This document shows, piece after piece, positions 20,104 to 31,083 of a stretch of 64,000 nt of DNA; position 1 is the first letter of the stretch, and the number at the start of each line of letters is the position of its first letter. Under the pieces are notes generated by a model. It was not told where the DNA came from. It was given only the letters and a program-made list of their open reading frames with translations, and searched no databases. The DNA is from an uncultured delta proteobacterium (GTDB lineage Bacteria > Myxococcota > Myxococcia > Myxococcales > Anaeromyxobacteraceae). The translations under genes and the position numbers were made by a program. The stretch spans positions 96,001 through 160,000 of the forward strand of contig CAWHDZ010000040.1 in assembly GCA_963828255.1 (NCBI GenBank), in the 5' to 3' direction.

Positions 20104-23100
20104 ATGCTGCTGAGAGTGAACGGTCAGGGACCAGACCTCGACTCACAGCAGGAGGCTCTCGAGAGGGCCCGCCGGGCGCTCCACCTGCTCACCCGCTGCA
20201 GCGAGGCGTTGCTGCGCGCCGAATCGCAGCAGGCGCTCTTCGAGGAGGCGTGCCGGATCATCGTCGAGTTCGGTGGCTACCGGATGTGCTGGGTGGGCCT
20301 CGCCGAGGACGACGAGAGGCGGACCATCCGCCCCGTGGCGCACGCAGGCCACGACGACGGATTCCTGGCCCTGGCCGACATGGTCTGGGCCGACGTTCCT
20401 CGGGGGCGGGGACCAACCGGCACGGCGGTCCGGGAGGGCCGCCTCATCCTGGGGCGTTCGTTCGCCTCGGACCCGCTGCTCGCACCCTGGAAGGCCCAGG
20501 CCCTGCGCCGGGGGTATGTGTCGTCGACGGCGCTGCCCCTCGCCTTCGACGGCGAGCGCGTCGGAGTCATCTCGATGTACTCGGGGAATCCGGCGATCTT
20601 CGGCCCGGAGGACCTTCCCTTCCTGAGGCACCTGGCCGCCGACCTCGGGTTCCGGGCGGTGGCCCTGCGCCGCCGGAGCGAGGCGGTGAAGGCCGACCAG
20701 GCGCTCAGGGAGAGCGAGGCCTCGCTTCGTCAGGTGTTCGACCTGAACCCGGACGCCGCCAACATCAACCGCCTCGCGGACGGGCGGTACATCGCCGTGA
20801 ACGAGAGCTTCCTGCGGATGACCGGTTGGACTCGGGAGGAGATCCTGGGGTGCCCCTCGGTCGACCTCGGGATCTGGAACGATCCGGCCGACCGCGACCG
20901 GTTGATCGCCCGGCTGGAGGAGAAGGGTCTCGTCCAGAACTTCGAGGCGCGCTTTCGCACCCGCTCCGGGAAGGTGCTGGACGGCCTCATGTCGGCGCGC
21001 GTGATGACCCTCGCGGGCGAGTTGGTGATCCTCTCCATCACCCGGGACGTGACCGAGTGGAGGCGGAGCGAGAGGCGCCATCGACTGCTCGCCGAAAACT
21101 CCCAGGACGTCATCTGGACGCTGGACCTGTCGACGATGCGGCTCAACTACGTGAGCCCGTCCATCCAGCGACTCAGGGGCCTGACCGTCGAGGAGGCGCT
21201 GGCGGAACCGCTGGTGGAGAGCCTCACCGCGGAATCGCTGGCGCGCATGGGGGAGGCCATGGCCCGGTCGGTGGGTCCCGACGGGATCAGCTCCCACACC
21301 GGCGTCTTCGACCAGCCCTGCGCCGACGGCTCGTTGAAGCACGTGGAGATCACCGCCTCCTACCTGCGGGACGAGGCGGGGCGACCCGTGGAGATCCTCG
21401 GAGTCTCGCGCGACGCCACCGCCCGGGTCGAGGCCGAGCGAGCGCTCGAGCAGCGCGAGCGCGAGATGCGCATCATCCTGCAGACCGCGCTCGACGGATT
21501 CGGATCCGTCGACGGGGCGGCCCGGTTCCGGGAGGTGAACGAGGCTCTCGGCGCCATCACGGGGTACTCCCGGGAGGAGTTGCTGGGGATGCGGGTGGCA
21601 GACCTGGAAGAGATGGACGGGGAATCCCAGGTTGCCGCTCGCATGGCGCGCATCCGCGTCTCGGGTCCGGAACGGTTCGAGACGCGCTACCGGCGAAAGG
21701 ACGGTCGGATCATCGACGTCGAGGTCAGCGCCAGGTTCTCCGACGTCTCTGGCGGGAGCATTCACGCCTTCTTCCGGGACGTGACCGAACAGCGTCGGTC
21801 CGAGGCCGCGCTCCGGGGGAGCGAGGCCCGCTTCCGCACGCTCATCGAGCGTTCGACCGACATGATCGTCCTCCTCGACGAGGAGGTGCGCATCACCTTC
21901 TGGAGCCCCAGCGCCACCGAGGCGCTGGGATGGGAGCCGGGAGAGGTGAGCGGGACGGACTTCCTCGCCCTGGCTCACCCCGACGATCGGGCGGGGGCGG
22001 CCGAGGTCGTGAAGCGAATCCTGGCCGGCACGGCCTCCACGCCGACCCTCGCCCTCCGCGTCCGGAACAAGGCAGGCGGCTGGCGCAGCATCGACGGCCC
22101 ATGCCGGAATCTCCTCGCCGATCCGGCCGTCGGGGCGCTCGTGCTGAACACGCGCGACATGACGGCGCACAACCTGCTCGAGGCGCAGTTTCTCCAGGCC
22201 CAGAAGCTGGAGAGCGTCGGCCGTCTCGCCGGTGGGGTCGCCCACGACTTCAACAACCTCCTCACCGTCATCCTGAGCAGCTCGGAGATCATGAGGCAGA
22301 GCCGCGCGGCCGGGCGCACGGTGGACGACGAGGACATCGAGCAGATCCACACGGCCGGCGAGCGCGCCCGCGATCTGACGCGACAGCTGCTCGCCTTCGC
22401 GCGCAAGCAGCTCATCTCGCCGACCTCGCTCGACCTGAACGCGGTGGTCCGGGGCAGCGAGAAGCTGCTCCATCGCGTGCTGGGCGAGGACATTCGCCTG
22501 GTCGTTGATGTGGATCCCGGGCTGTGGCCCACCCTGTGCGATGCCGGGCAGGTCGAGCAGATCCTCATGAACCTCGCCGTGAACGCCCGGGACGCCATGC
22601 CGGGCGGCGGGGTCCTCACGGTGGCGACGCGAAATGCGGAGGTCCACGCCGACGAGGCGGCCCGCGATCCGGACCGGCGCCCGGGCAGCTGGGTTCGCCT
22701 CATCCTGCGGGACTCCGGCGTCGGGATGTCACCGGAGGCGATGGCGCACCTCTTCGAGCCATTCTTCACCACCAAGGAGCGCGGGAAGGGAACCGGGCTC
22801 GGCCTGGCCACCGTTCACGGGATCGTGGAGCAGAGCGGAGGCCACATCCACGTCCAGAGCCAGCCGGGCGCGGGGACCACCTTCGGGATCTGCTTTCCCC
22901 GGAGCGATGCGCCGCAGGCGGTGAATGTGCCGGTGCCGGAGACTCCTTCGGTTCGCGGGGACGAGACGATCCTGGTGGTCGAGGACGACCCCCAGGTTCG
23001 TGGCGTGACCATCCGGGCACTGGAGGGCAGCGGGTACCAGGTGATCCCCGCCGCGAGCGGTGAGGAGGCGCTGGCGATCGCCCGACAGCCCGGGAGGCGT

Positions 23101-23340
23101 CTGGACATGGTCGTGACCGACGTGGTCATGCCCGGCATGACCGGCCGGGAGGTCGTGGACATGTTGCGCCGCAGCTTGCCGAACATCCCGGCCCTCTTCG
23201 TCTCCGGGTACCCCCAGGACGTCATCGCGCAGCGAGGCGTGCTCGACTCGGGCGTCGAGTTCCTTCCCAAGCCCTTCACGCCGGCGACGCTGGTGGCGCG
23301 GGTCCGGGCGATGCTCGACACGGGCCGTCCCGCCGGTTAG
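20104..23340 (+). CDS. Hybrid sensor kinase GAF-PAS(x4)-HisKA-HATPase-REC
   Basis: GRGPTG GAF; four PAS/PAC; AHDFNNLL H-box; NARDAM, FEPFFTTK, GTGLGL; VEDD/TDVVMP/KPF. Confidence 0.95.
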   Translation: MLLRVNGQGPDLDSQQEALERARRALHLLTRCSEALLRAESQQALFEEACRIIVEFGGYRMCWVGLAEDDERRTIRPVAHAGHDDGFLALADMVWADVPRGRGPTGTAVREGRLILGRSFASDPLLAPWKAQALRRGYVSSTALPLAFDGERVGVISMYSGNPAIFGPEDLPFLRHLAADLGFRAVALRRRSEAVKADQALRESEASLRQVFDLNPDAANINRLADGRYIAVNESFLRMTGWTREEILGCPSVDLGIWNDPADRDRLIARLEEKGLVQNFEARFRTRSGKVLDGLMSARVMTLAGELVILSITRDVTEWRRSERRHRLLAENSQDVIWTLDLSTMRLNYVSPSIQRLRGLTVEEALAEPLVESLTAESLARMGEAMARSVGPDGISSHTGVFDQPCADGSLKHVEITASYLRDEAGRPVEILGVSRDATARVEAERALEQREREMRIILQTALDGFGSVDGAARFREVNEALGAITGYSREELLGMRVADLEEMDGESQVAARMARIRVSGPERFETRYRRKDGRIIDVEVSARFSDVSGGSIHAFFRDVTEQRRSEAALRGSEARFRTLIERSTDMIVLLDEEVRITFWSPSATEALGWEPGEVSGTDFLALAHPDDRAGAAEVVKRILAGTASTPTLALRVRNKAGGWRSIDGPCRNLLADPAVGALVLNTRDMTAHNLLEAQFLQAQKLESVGRLAGGVAHDFNNLLTVILSSSEIMRQSRAAGRTVDDEDIEQIHTAGERARDLTRQLLAFARKQLISPTSLDLNAVVRGSEKLLHRVLGEDIRLVVDVDPGLWPTLCDAGQVEQILMNLAVNARDAMPGGGVLTVATRNAEVHADEAARDPDRRPGSWVRLILRDSGVGMSPEAMAHLFEPFFTTKERGKGTGLGLATVHGIVEQSGGHIHVQSQPGAGTTFGICFPRSDAPQAVNVPVPETPSVRGDETILVVEDDPQVRGVTIRALEGSGYQVIPAASGEEALAIARQPGRRLDMVVTDVVMPGMTGREVVDMLRRSLPNIPALFVSGYPQDVIAQRGVLDSGVEFLPKPFTPATLVARVRAMLDTGRPAG

Positions 23341-23436
23341 GTCGAGGCCGTTCCGCCGAACGGAGGTTCGATCCATGTGGACCAGGCATCTCGTCAAGGA
23401 CAGCACCGGCGTCTTCGACATGAATCGGGTGAGGTG

Positions 23437-23751
23437 ATGGCGCGCCCGGTGGCCTGGGTGGCGGTGGCCTCGCTCTGCTTCGCCTGTACCCGGGCCCCCG
23501 CCCCCCCCGCAGCAAAGCCTCCCGAGCCCGGCCCCGATGCCGGCACGGTCTCCGTCCGGATCGAGCCGTACGGCGTGGAGGTTGCCGCCGACGGGGTGGC
23601 GCGCTGCCGGACCCCGTGCAGCTTCCGCATCGCCCCCGGGCTCCACCGGCTCTCGGTTCGCAAGAGCGGCTTCCTGCCCTGGCAGGAGGACGTTCGCGTC
23701 GACCCGGGCGCAGTGCTGGAGGTGTCGGCCTCCCTGGTCGGGTCGCACTGA
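23437..23751 (+). CDS. PEGA-domain lipoprotein
   Basis: Lipobox (CFAC), Pro linker, P.G..V..DG....TP....PG.H.L.V.K.GF. Confidence 0.75.
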   Translation: MARPVAWVAVASLCFACTRAPAPPAAKPPEPGPDAGTVSVRIEPYGVEVAADGVARCRTPCSFRIAPGLHRLSVRKSGFLPWQEDVRVDPGAVLEVSASLVGSH

Positions 23752-23874
23752 TCCGGCCCGCCCAGGGAAGCCCGAATCGATTTTTTATTCTCTGCGTGAC
23801 GCATGGCGTCGCGAGTGCTAGCTTGCATCGTCGGGTGATTCCAGAATCAACCCTGTGGTGGAGGCGAGACGACC

Positions 23875-26247
23875 ATGGCGGAAACGAGCGGAGCGAAGTC
23901 GCGGGTCGCCCGGGTGGACCGGGCCGCGGTCCTGGGCGCAGGAGTGATGGGGGCGACCATCGCGGCCCACCTGGCCAACGCCGGGGTCAGGGTGCTTCTC
24001 CTCGACGTCGTTCCCAAGGAGGGGGGCGACCGGAACCGGCTGGCCGCCTCGGCGCTGGAGGCGCTCGCCAAGCAGAAGCCGGCCGCCGCGTTCCTCCCGG
24101 CCAACCTCTCCCTCATCGAGGTGGGAAACCTGGAGGACGACCTCCCGCGCCTCAAGGACTGCGACTGGGTGATCGAGGTGGTGCTGGAGAACATGGCGGT
24201 GAAGAAGAAGCTGCTCGGCGAGCGGGTGGCCCCGAACCTTCGCGAGGACGCCATCCTCTCCAGCAACACCAGCGGACTCTCGGTGAACGAGATCGCCGAC
24301 GCGCTGCCCGAGGGGCTGCGCAAGCGCTTCCTGGTCACCCACTTCTTCAACCCGCCCCGCTACATGCGGCTCGTCGAGGTGGTGCCGAGCCGCCACACCG
24401 ACCCGGCCGTCACCGCCTCGGTGGCCGCCTTCGTGGAGCAGCGGCTGGGCAAGGGAGTGGTCCACGCCAAGGACACGCCCAACTTCGTGGCCAACCGCAT
24501 CGGCGTCTTCTCCATGGCCAACGCCATCCACCACACCCTCGACCTCGGCATGACGGTGGAGGAAGTGGACGCGGTGGCCGGACCGGCCACGGCCCGGGCG
24601 CGCAGCGCCTGCTTCCGCACCGCCGACCTGGTGGGCATCGACACCCTGCTGCACGTGGCCAGGAACTCCTTCGACACCCTGCCGGACGACGAGAAGCGGG
24701 ACACCTTCAAGATGCCCGGCGTCATGCTGCAGATGGTGGAGAAGGGGCTCCTCGGCAACAAGTCGAAGCAGGGCTTCTTCAAGAAGACCAAGGGGGAGAA
24801 GGCCGAGACCTTCTTCTACGACCTGGTCTCGGGGGAGTACCGGCCCTCGCAGCGCCCCAAGTTCGCGTCGGTCGAGGCCACCAAGGGCGTGGACGACCCG
24901 GGCGCCCGGCTGCGGGCCGTGCTGGGGGGCAAGGACAAGGCCGCCGAGCTGGCCTGGAGGAACCTGCGCGACACGATGATCTACGCGTTCAACCGCGTGC
25001 CGGAGATCAGCGACGACTACGCCGGCGTGGACGACGCCATGCGCTGGGGCTTCAACTGGGAGCTCGGCCCCTTCGAGATGCTCGACGCGGTCGGCGTGGC
25101 CGACTTCGTGAAGCGCGCCGAGGCCGACGGGGTGGCGGTGCCGCCCCGCCTGCGCCAGGTGGACCGGTTCTACGTGGAGGAGGGGAGCAGCCGCCGCACC
25201 CGCGACCCGGCCACGCTGGCCTGGCGGGACATCGTGCGCCCCGAGGGCGCCGTGGACCTCCTGCTCCTCAAGAAGGGCGGGGCCGAGGTGGAGCGGAACG
25301 CCGGCGCGTCGGTCGTGGACCTGGGCGACGGCGTCTTCTGCCTGGAGTTCCACACCAAGATGAACGCCATCGGGGGCGACGTCCTGGCCATGGTCCACCG
25401 GGCCGTGAAGCGGGCCGAGGCCGACGGGGTGGGGCTCGTGGTGGCGAACCAGGGGGTGAACTTCTCGGTCGGCGCCAACCTGGCCATCCTCTCCATGGCC
25501 ATCGCCGAGGGGGCCTTCGACGAGGTGGGGCTCTCGGTCGCCGCCTTCCAGCGCGCCACCATGGCGCTCAAGTACGCGCGGGTCCCGGTGGTGGCGGCGC
25601 CCCACGGGATGGCGCTGGGCGGGGGCTGCGAGGTCTGCCTCCACGCCGACCAGGTGAACGCGCTCTCCGAGACCTACATGGGGCTCGTGGAGATCGGGGT
25701 GGGGCTCCTGCCCGCCGGCGGGGGCGTGAAGGAGCTGGCGCTGCGGGCGGTGCGGGGCGCCGAGGCGGGCGAGGCCGACCCCTCGCCCTTCGTCTTCAAG
25801 GCCTTCTCCACCATCGCCATGGCCAAGGTCTCCACCTCGGCCGCCGAGGCCGCCCAGCTGGGGCTCCTGCGACAGGGCGACTCCATCACCATGGGCGTGG
25901 ACCGGCTCATCCACGACGCCAAGCAGAAGGTCATCGCACTCGCGGTGAACTACCGCCCGTCCTCCCCGGCCCTGGACGTGCGCGCACCGGGCCGTTCCAT
26001 GGCCGGGAGCCTGGGATCCCAGCTCTGGAACATGCGCATGGGCGGCTTCATCACCGAGTACGAGGAGAAGCTGGGCCGGACCATCGCGGGCGTGATCACC
26101 GGCGGCGACGTGGCCGCCGGGACGGTGGTCGGCGAGCAGTGGTTCCTCGACCTCGAGCGGGAGGCCTTCCTGCGTCTCTGCGGGGAGAAGAGGACCCAGG
26201 AGCGCATCCAGCACATGCTGAAGAAGGGCAAGCCCCTTCGCAACTGA
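23875..26247 (+). CDS. fadN: 3-hydroxyacyl-CoA dehydrogenase/enoyl-CoA hydratase (FadN-type)
   Basis: VLGAGVMG, SSNTSG, HFFNPPRYM, ALGGGCE, GLVEIGVGLLPAGGG, GKPLRN end. Confidence 0.93.
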   Translation: MAETSGAKSRVARVDRAAVLGAGVMGATIAAHLANAGVRVLLLDVVPKEGGDRNRLAASALEALAKQKPAAAFLPANLSLIEVGNLEDDLPRLKDCDWVIEVVLENMAVKKKLLGERVAPNLREDAILSSNTSGLSVNEIADALPEGLRKRFLVTHFFNPPRYMRLVEVVPSRHTDPAVTASVAAFVEQRLGKGVVHAKDTPNFVANRIGVFSMANAIHHTLDLGMTVEEVDAVAGPATARARSACFRTADLVGIDTLLHVARNSFDTLPDDEKRDTFKMPGVMLQMVEKGLLGNKSKQGFFKKTKGEKAETFFYDLVSGEYRPSQRPKFASVEATKGVDDPGARLRAVLGGKDKAAELAWRNLRDTMIYAFNRVPEISDDYAGVDDAMRWGFNWELGPFEMLDAVGVADFVKRAEADGVAVPPRLRQVDRFYVEEGSSRRTRDPATLAWRDIVRPEGAVDLLLLKKGGAEVERNAGASVVDLGDGVFCLEFHTKMNAIGGDVLAMVHRAVKRAEADGVGLVVANQGVNFSVGANLAILSMAIAEGAFDEVGLSVAAFQRATMALKYARVPVVAAPHGMALGGGCEVCLHADQVNALSETYMGLVEIGVGLLPAGGGVKELALRAVRGAEAGEADPSPFVFKAFSTIAMAKVSTSAAEAAQLGLLRQGDSITMGVDRLIHDAKQKVIALAVNYRPSSPALDVRAPGRSMAGSLGSQLWNMRMGGFITEYEEKLGRTIAGVITGGDVAAGTVVGEQWFLDLEREAFLRLCGEKRTQERIQHMLKKGKPLRN

Positions 26248-26261
26248 CACGGGAGACCACC

Positions 26262-27434
26262 ATGAGCGCTGCCTACCTGATCGCCGCCGTGCGCACCCCC
26301 GGCGGGAAGGCCAAGAAGGGGAAGCTCCGGGACGTCCGCCCCGACGACCTCGCCGCGGTGGCGCTCCGCGCCGCGGTGGAGCGTTCCGGGATCGACCCGG
26401 CCCGGATCGACGACGTCATCCTGGGTTGCGCGTTCCCCGAGGGGGAACAGGGGATGAACGTGGCCCGCGTGGCCTCCATGCGCGCCGGGCTGCCGGTCCA
26501 GGTCCCCGCACAGACCGTGAACAGGTTCTGCGCCTCGGGCCTGCAGGCCATCGCCACGGCCGCCGAGCGCATCGCCGCCGGGTCGGCCGACCTGATCCTG
26601 GCCGGCGGGGTCGAGAGCATGAGCCTCGTTCCCATGGGCGGGAACAAGTACAGCGCCAACCCGTCGCTGGTCTCCTCCTGGCCCGAGTCCTACGCCGGCA
26701 TGGGCATCACCGCCGAGCTGGTGGCGAAGAAGTACGCGGTGTCGCGCGCCGATCAGGACGCCTTCGCCGCCGAGAGCCACCGGCGTGCGGCCCGCGCCCA
26801 GGCCGAGGGATGGTTCAAGGGCGAGCTGGCACCCGTCGAGGTGGAGACCACCGCGGTGGTGGGCGGAAAGCTCTCCCGCGTGAAGGAGCGGCTCGAGGCC
26901 GACGAGGGGGTGCGTGGAGACACCACCGCCGAGGGGCTCGGGAAGCTCAAGCCGGCCTTCCAGGTGGACGGCACGGTCACCGCCGGAAACGCCTCGCAGA
27001 TGACCGACGGCGCGGCGGCGGTGGTGGTGGTCTCGGAGAAGTACCTCCGGGAGTCCGGAGCGAAGCCGCTGGCCCGCTTCGTCTCGTACGCCGTCCGCGG
27101 CGTGCCCCCGGAGATCATGGGCATCGGCCCCATCGAGGCCATCCCGGCCGCGCTCCTGCGGGCCGGCCTGAAGCAGGACGACCTGGCCGCCCTCGAGCTC
27201 AACGAGGCCTTCGCGGCCCAGTCGCTGGCCTGCGTGCGGGAGCTGCGCCTCGACCCGGCGCGGGTGAACCCGTCGGGAGGCGCCATCGCGCTGGGCCACC
27301 CGCTGGGCTGCACCGGCGCGAAGCTCACCGCCACGCTGCTCCACGGCCTGGTGCGGACCGGCGGGCGCTACGGCGCGGTCTCCATGTGCATCGGCGGCGG
27401 CATGGGAGCCGCGGCCATCTTCGAGCGGCTCTAG
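26262..27434 (+). CDS. fadA: Acetyl-CoA C-acyltransferase (thiolase)
   Basis: VNRFCASG, NEAFA, GGAIALGHPLG, SMCIGGGMG. Confidence 0.95.
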   Translation: MSAAYLIAAVRTPGGKAKKGKLRDVRPDDLAAVALRAAVERSGIDPARIDDVILGCAFPEGEQGMNVARVASMRAGLPVQVPAQTVNRFCASGLQAIATAAERIAAGSADLILAGGVESMSLVPMGGNKYSANPSLVSSWPESYAGMGITAELVAKKYAVSRADQDAFAAESHRRAARAQAEGWFKGELAPVEVETTAVVGGKLSRVKERLEADEGVRGDTTAEGLGKLKPAFQVDGTVTAGNASQMTDGAAAVVVVSEKYLRESGAKPLARFVSYAVRGVPPEIMGIGPIEAIPAALLRAGLKQDDLAALELNEAFAAQSLACVRELRLDPARVNPSGGAIALGHPLGCTGAKLTATLLHGLVRTGGRYGAVSMCIGGGMGAAAIFERL

Positions 27435-27446
27435 GGGGAGGGGAAA

Positions 27447-29225
27447 ATGGCCAAGAAGCTCTTCAAGGGTGGGGAGTTCCTGATCACCGAGGCGTCCGCC
27501 GCGGACGTCTTCGTCCCGGAGGCGTTCACCGAGGAGCAGCGGAGCATCGGGGTGACCGCCGAGCAGTTCGTCAAGGCCGACGTGGTCCCGGTCATGCCCG
27601 CCCTCGAGGCCCACGACATGAAGGCGGCCGCCGCGCTGATGCGCAAGGCCGGCGACGCCGGGCTCCTCATGATCGACGCCCCGACCGAGTACGGCGGGCT
27701 CGACCTCGACAAGGTCACCAGCGTGCTCGCCGCCGAGAAGATGGCGGCGGGGCAGGCCTTCTCGGTCTCCTACGGGGCCCACACCGGCATCAGCACGCTG
27801 CCGCTCGTCTACTACGGGACCCCGGAGCAGAAGGAGAGGTACCTGGGCAAGATCATCACCGGCGAGTGGAGCGCGGCCTACTGCCTGACCGAGCCGGGGG
27901 CCGGCAGCGACGCCATGGGCGGAACCACCATGGCCACGCTCTCCGAGGACGGGAAGCACTACCTCCTCGACGGCACCAAGCAGTTCATCACCAACGGCGG
28001 CTTCGCCACGCTCTTCACGATCTTCGCCAAGATCGACCGCAAGCACTTCACCGCCTTCCTGGTGGAGCGCGACACCCCGGGCCTGACGGTGGGGCCGGAG
28101 GAGAAGAAGCTGGGCATCCAGGGCTCCTCCACCACCTCGGTCATCCTCGAGGGCGCCAAGGTCCCGGTGGAGAACCTGCTCGGCGAGATCGGCAAGGGGC
28201 ACAAGATCGCCTTCAACGTGCTCAACGTGGGGCGCTTCAAGCTGGGCGCGGCGGTGCTGGGCGCCGCCAAGCACGCGCTGGGCACCGGCGCGGCCTACGC
28301 CAACCAGCGCAAGCAGTTCGGCCTGGCCATCTCCTCCTTCGGCGCCATCCAGGAGAAGCTGGCCGACGGCGTGGCCGACCTCTTCGCCTCCGAGTCGCTG
28401 GTGTACCGGCTGGCCGGTCTCATCGACGACCGGCTGGCCACCATCCCCAAGGACGCACCCAGTTACTACGAGTCCTACCAGGGGGCCATCGAGGAGTACT
28501 CGATCGAGTGCGCCATCTCGAAGGTCTTCTGCAGCGAGGTGCTGGCCGACGTGGTGGACGAGGTGGTCCAGATCCACGGCGGGTACGGGTTCGTCCGGGA
28601 GTACCCGGCCGAGAAGTACTACCGCGACGAGCGCATCAACCGGATCTTCGAGGGCACCAACGAGATCAACCGCCTGCTCATCCCCGGCACCATCCTGCGC
28701 CGGGCCATGAAGGGGGAGATCCCGCTCGAGAAGGAGGCCCGCAAGGCCTTCGAGTCGCTGCTCAGCCCCTCCCTCGACGAGGTGGACCCCTCGGTCCCCT
28801 ACGCGGCCGAGATGGCCACCCTGTCGAATCTCAAGAAGATCTTCCTGATCCTCTCCGGAGCAGCGGTGAAGCGCTTCGGGGCGGGCCTGAAGGACGAGCA
28901 GGAGGTGCTGCTGGCGGCCGCCGACGTGGCCATCCAGATCTTCGCGGCCGAGAGCACCGTGCTCCGGGCCGCGCAGATCCGCGCCGGGCTCTCCGAGGCC
29001 CGCCGCGCGCTGGTGGACGCCGCCGTCAAGGTGCACACCTTCCGCGCCTCCGAGAAGGTGGCCACCGCCGCGAAGCGGGGGGCCTTCTACGTGAGCGAGG
29101 GGGACGAGCTGGCCATGGTGCTCGGCGGCGTGCGCCGCTTCACCAAGTACGACGCCAGCGGGCTGCTCGCCGCCAAGCGGATCCTGGCCGCGGCCGTCGT
29201 CGAGGCGGAGCGCTACCCGCTGTAG
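27447..29225 (+). CDS. fadE: Acyl-CoA dehydrogenase (long FadE-type)
   Basis: YCLTEPGAGSD, GTKQFITN, R.QFG, QIHGGYG, IFEGTNEI. Confidence 0.93.
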   Translation: MAKKLFKGGEFLITEASAADVFVPEAFTEEQRSIGVTAEQFVKADVVPVMPALEAHDMKAAAALMRKAGDAGLLMIDAPTEYGGLDLDKVTSVLAAEKMAAGQAFSVSYGAHTGISTLPLVYYGTPEQKERYLGKIITGEWSAAYCLTEPGAGSDAMGGTTMATLSEDGKHYLLDGTKQFITNGGFATLFTIFAKIDRKHFTAFLVERDTPGLTVGPEEKKLGIQGSSTTSVILEGAKVPVENLLGEIGKGHKIAFNVLNVGRFKLGAAVLGAAKHALGTGAAYANQRKQFGLAISSFGAIQEKLADGVADLFASESLVYRLAGLIDDRLATIPKDAPSYYESYQGAIEEYSIECAISKVFCSEVLADVVDEVVQIHGGYGFVREYPAEKYYRDERINRIFEGTNEINRLLIPGTILRRAMKGEIPLEKEARKAFESLLSPSLDEVDPSVPYAAEMATLSNLKKIFLILSGAAVKRFGAGLKDEQEVLLAAADVAIQIFAAESTVLRAAQIRAGLSEARRALVDAAVKVHTFRASEKVATAAKRGAFYVSEGDELAMVLGGVRRFTKYDASGLLAAKRILAAAVVEAERYPL

Positions 29226-29226
29226 C

Positions 29227-30021
29227 TCATCCCGACCGCGACGTACCCTGCGCCCTCTTGCGCGGCAGGAAGCCCGGCGAGGAGGGCGGAGGTGCGTTCG
29301 TGGGCACCACCGGCGAGAGCCGCTCCACCGGGGGCGGGGCGAGCAGCCGGGCCTTGAGATCCTTCGCCGCCTGGTGATCCGGGTCGAGGGCGAGGAGCTC
29401 GTCGAGCGCCCCGACCGCCCCCTCCGGATCGCCCCGGGCCAGCCGCGCCCGGGCCAGCGACATGCGGGGAGGGTGGATCCCCGGGTGGGCGGCCAGGAAG
29501 GCGGACAGGAGGGGCTCGGCCTCGGAGGGCGCACGGCCCCGGACCGCCGCGGCCATCGCCGCGAAGGCCCACCAGGGGTCGCCCGCCGACGTCTCGCCCG
29601 ACCGCGCCGCCAGCCGCGCCACCTCCTCGGGGCGCCCGTCCAGGCCATAGTACACTGAAAGTGAACGAAGGACGTCCGGGTCGTCGGGTGCCTCCAGGAC
29701 CAGCGGGCGCAGTTCCTCGAGCGCCGCCTCGCGGTCCATCCGGGACTGCCGGAGTCCGGGCGCCCCGTCGGGCGACGCGGCCGACGACTCGCGCAGGTCC
29801 GCCGCGGCCAGGAACCGGGCCAGGACGCTCCCTGCGGCGGCGCTCCGGAAGGCCGGGTCGGCGCGCAGCGCTTCCGGCAGGGCGGCCGAGGCCCGGGCCA
29901 GCCGGACCGGGTCGCCGGAGGCCGAGAGGCTGAGTACCTCGCGCGCCAGGGCGTCGGGGTCCGGGCTCCCGCTGCCGGTCGCGAGGAGAAGCAGCGCGCC
30001 GAGGACGACGGTGATGGTCAC
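29227..30021 (-). CDS. Exported TPR-repeat protein
   Basis: Hydrophobic N-terminus; helical repeats ending ALDPDHQAA. Confidence 0.6.
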   Translation of the reverse strand: MTITVVLGALLLLATGSGSPDPDALAREVLSLSASGDPVRLARASAALPEALRADPAFRSAAAGSVLARFLAAADLRESSAASPDGAPGLRQSRMDREAALEELRPLVLEAPDDPDVLRSLSVYYGLDGRPEEVARLAARSGETSAGDPWWAFAAMAAAVRGRAPSEAEPLLSAFLAAHPGIHPPRMSLARARLARGDPEGAVGALDELLALDPDHQAAKDLKARLLAPPPVERLSPVVPTNAPPPSSPGFLPRKRAQGTSRSG

Positions 30022-30157
30022 CGGACATGGCTAAGGCCCGTGCACGGCCTCTGTCAACGGATCCGGCAGCTCCTGGGCAGGAGGGGCCGGTCCCGGGCGG
30101 GCAAGACCGGCGAGGGGTCAACTTGCGATTTCCGTCACCCAGGGTAGAAGAGGAACC

Positions 30158-30346
30158 ATGGCCGACCACACCGACAAGAGGAAGCAGTCGCTCTACTTTC
30201 CCGAGGAGATGCTCCGGGAGATCGAGCACGAGGCGCAGAGGCTGGACCGTTCCCTCTCCTGGGTGGTGCAGCACGCCTGGAGGCTGGCCCGCGGCCAGCT
30301 GGCCAAGATCCCCGGGGTGAACGACCCCGCGCAGCCGAACCCCTGA
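30158..30346 (+). CDS. TIGR04563 (MXAN_4361/4362-like) small RHH protein
   Basis: DKRKQSLYFPEEML.EI..EA.RLDRSLSWVVQ.AW. Confidence 0.85.
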   Translation: MADHTDKRKQSLYFPEEMLREIEHEAQRLDRSLSWVVQHAWRLARGQLAKIPGVNDPAQPNP

Positions 30347-30477
30347 ACGGCCGACGGCGACCGGTCCACCCTTTTCGGGTGCGTCGGCCCGGGCCCCGTT
30401 AAGACTGTCCCCGCTCGAGGCGCATTTCTCGCCTCCGCGGGGACACGTGTCCCCGCGCACCGATCCGAGGATGGTGC

Positions 30478-31083
30478 ATGGGAAGGAAGCATCTCTGGAC
30501 CACCGCAGCGCTGCTGGTGGCCGCCGGCTGCAGCCGCGACGACGTGGCGCACTACCGGGTGCCCAAGGCCGACCCCACCGCCTCCTCCGCGCAGGGAGCC
30601 GCGGGACCGATGGGAACGGGCTCCGCCGAGGGCCTGCCGCCCCCTCCCGACGCCTCGACCACCGGCACGCTCCGGTGGGTCCTGCCCAAGGGCTGGACCG
30701 AGAGCCGGTCGTCGGGCGGGATGCGCTACGCAACGCTCACGGGCACGGCCAAGGGCAAGCTCGACGTCTCGGTCACGGTCTTTCCGGGTCCAGCCGGCGG
30801 CGAGCTCGCCAACGTGAACCGCTGGAGAAACCAGATCGGCCTGCCCCCCGTCGAGGAGGCGGCCCTGTCGAAGGACCGCAAGACCTTGAAGTCCCCCGCG
30901 GGCCCGGTGGCAATGTTCGATTACACGAGCGACGGCAAGGAGAAGACCCGCCTCGTGGCCGGCATCCTCTTCGCCGGGGGAAATAGCTGGTTCGTGAAGA
31001 TGGTTGGGGACACGGGACCTGTGGCCGCGTCCCGGGCCGACTTCGTCAAGCTGCTGGAGACCCTCCGCCTTGCTGACCGTTAA
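30478..31083 (+). CDS. Uncharacterized lipoprotein heading the cytochrome c biogenesis operon
   Basis: Lipobox VAAGC; W.LP.GW....MR.A; ANVNRWRNQIGL; WFVKM.G. Confidence 0.8.
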   Translation: MGRKHLWTTAALLVAAGCSRDDVAHYRVPKADPTASSAQGAAGPMGTGSAEGLPPPPDASTTGTLRWVLPKGWTESRSSGGMRYATLTGTAKGKLDVSVTVFPGPAGGELANVNRWRNQIGLPPVEEAALSKDRKTLKSPAGPVAMFDYTSDGKEKTRLVAGILFAGGNSWFVKMVGDTGPVAASRADFVKLLETLRLADR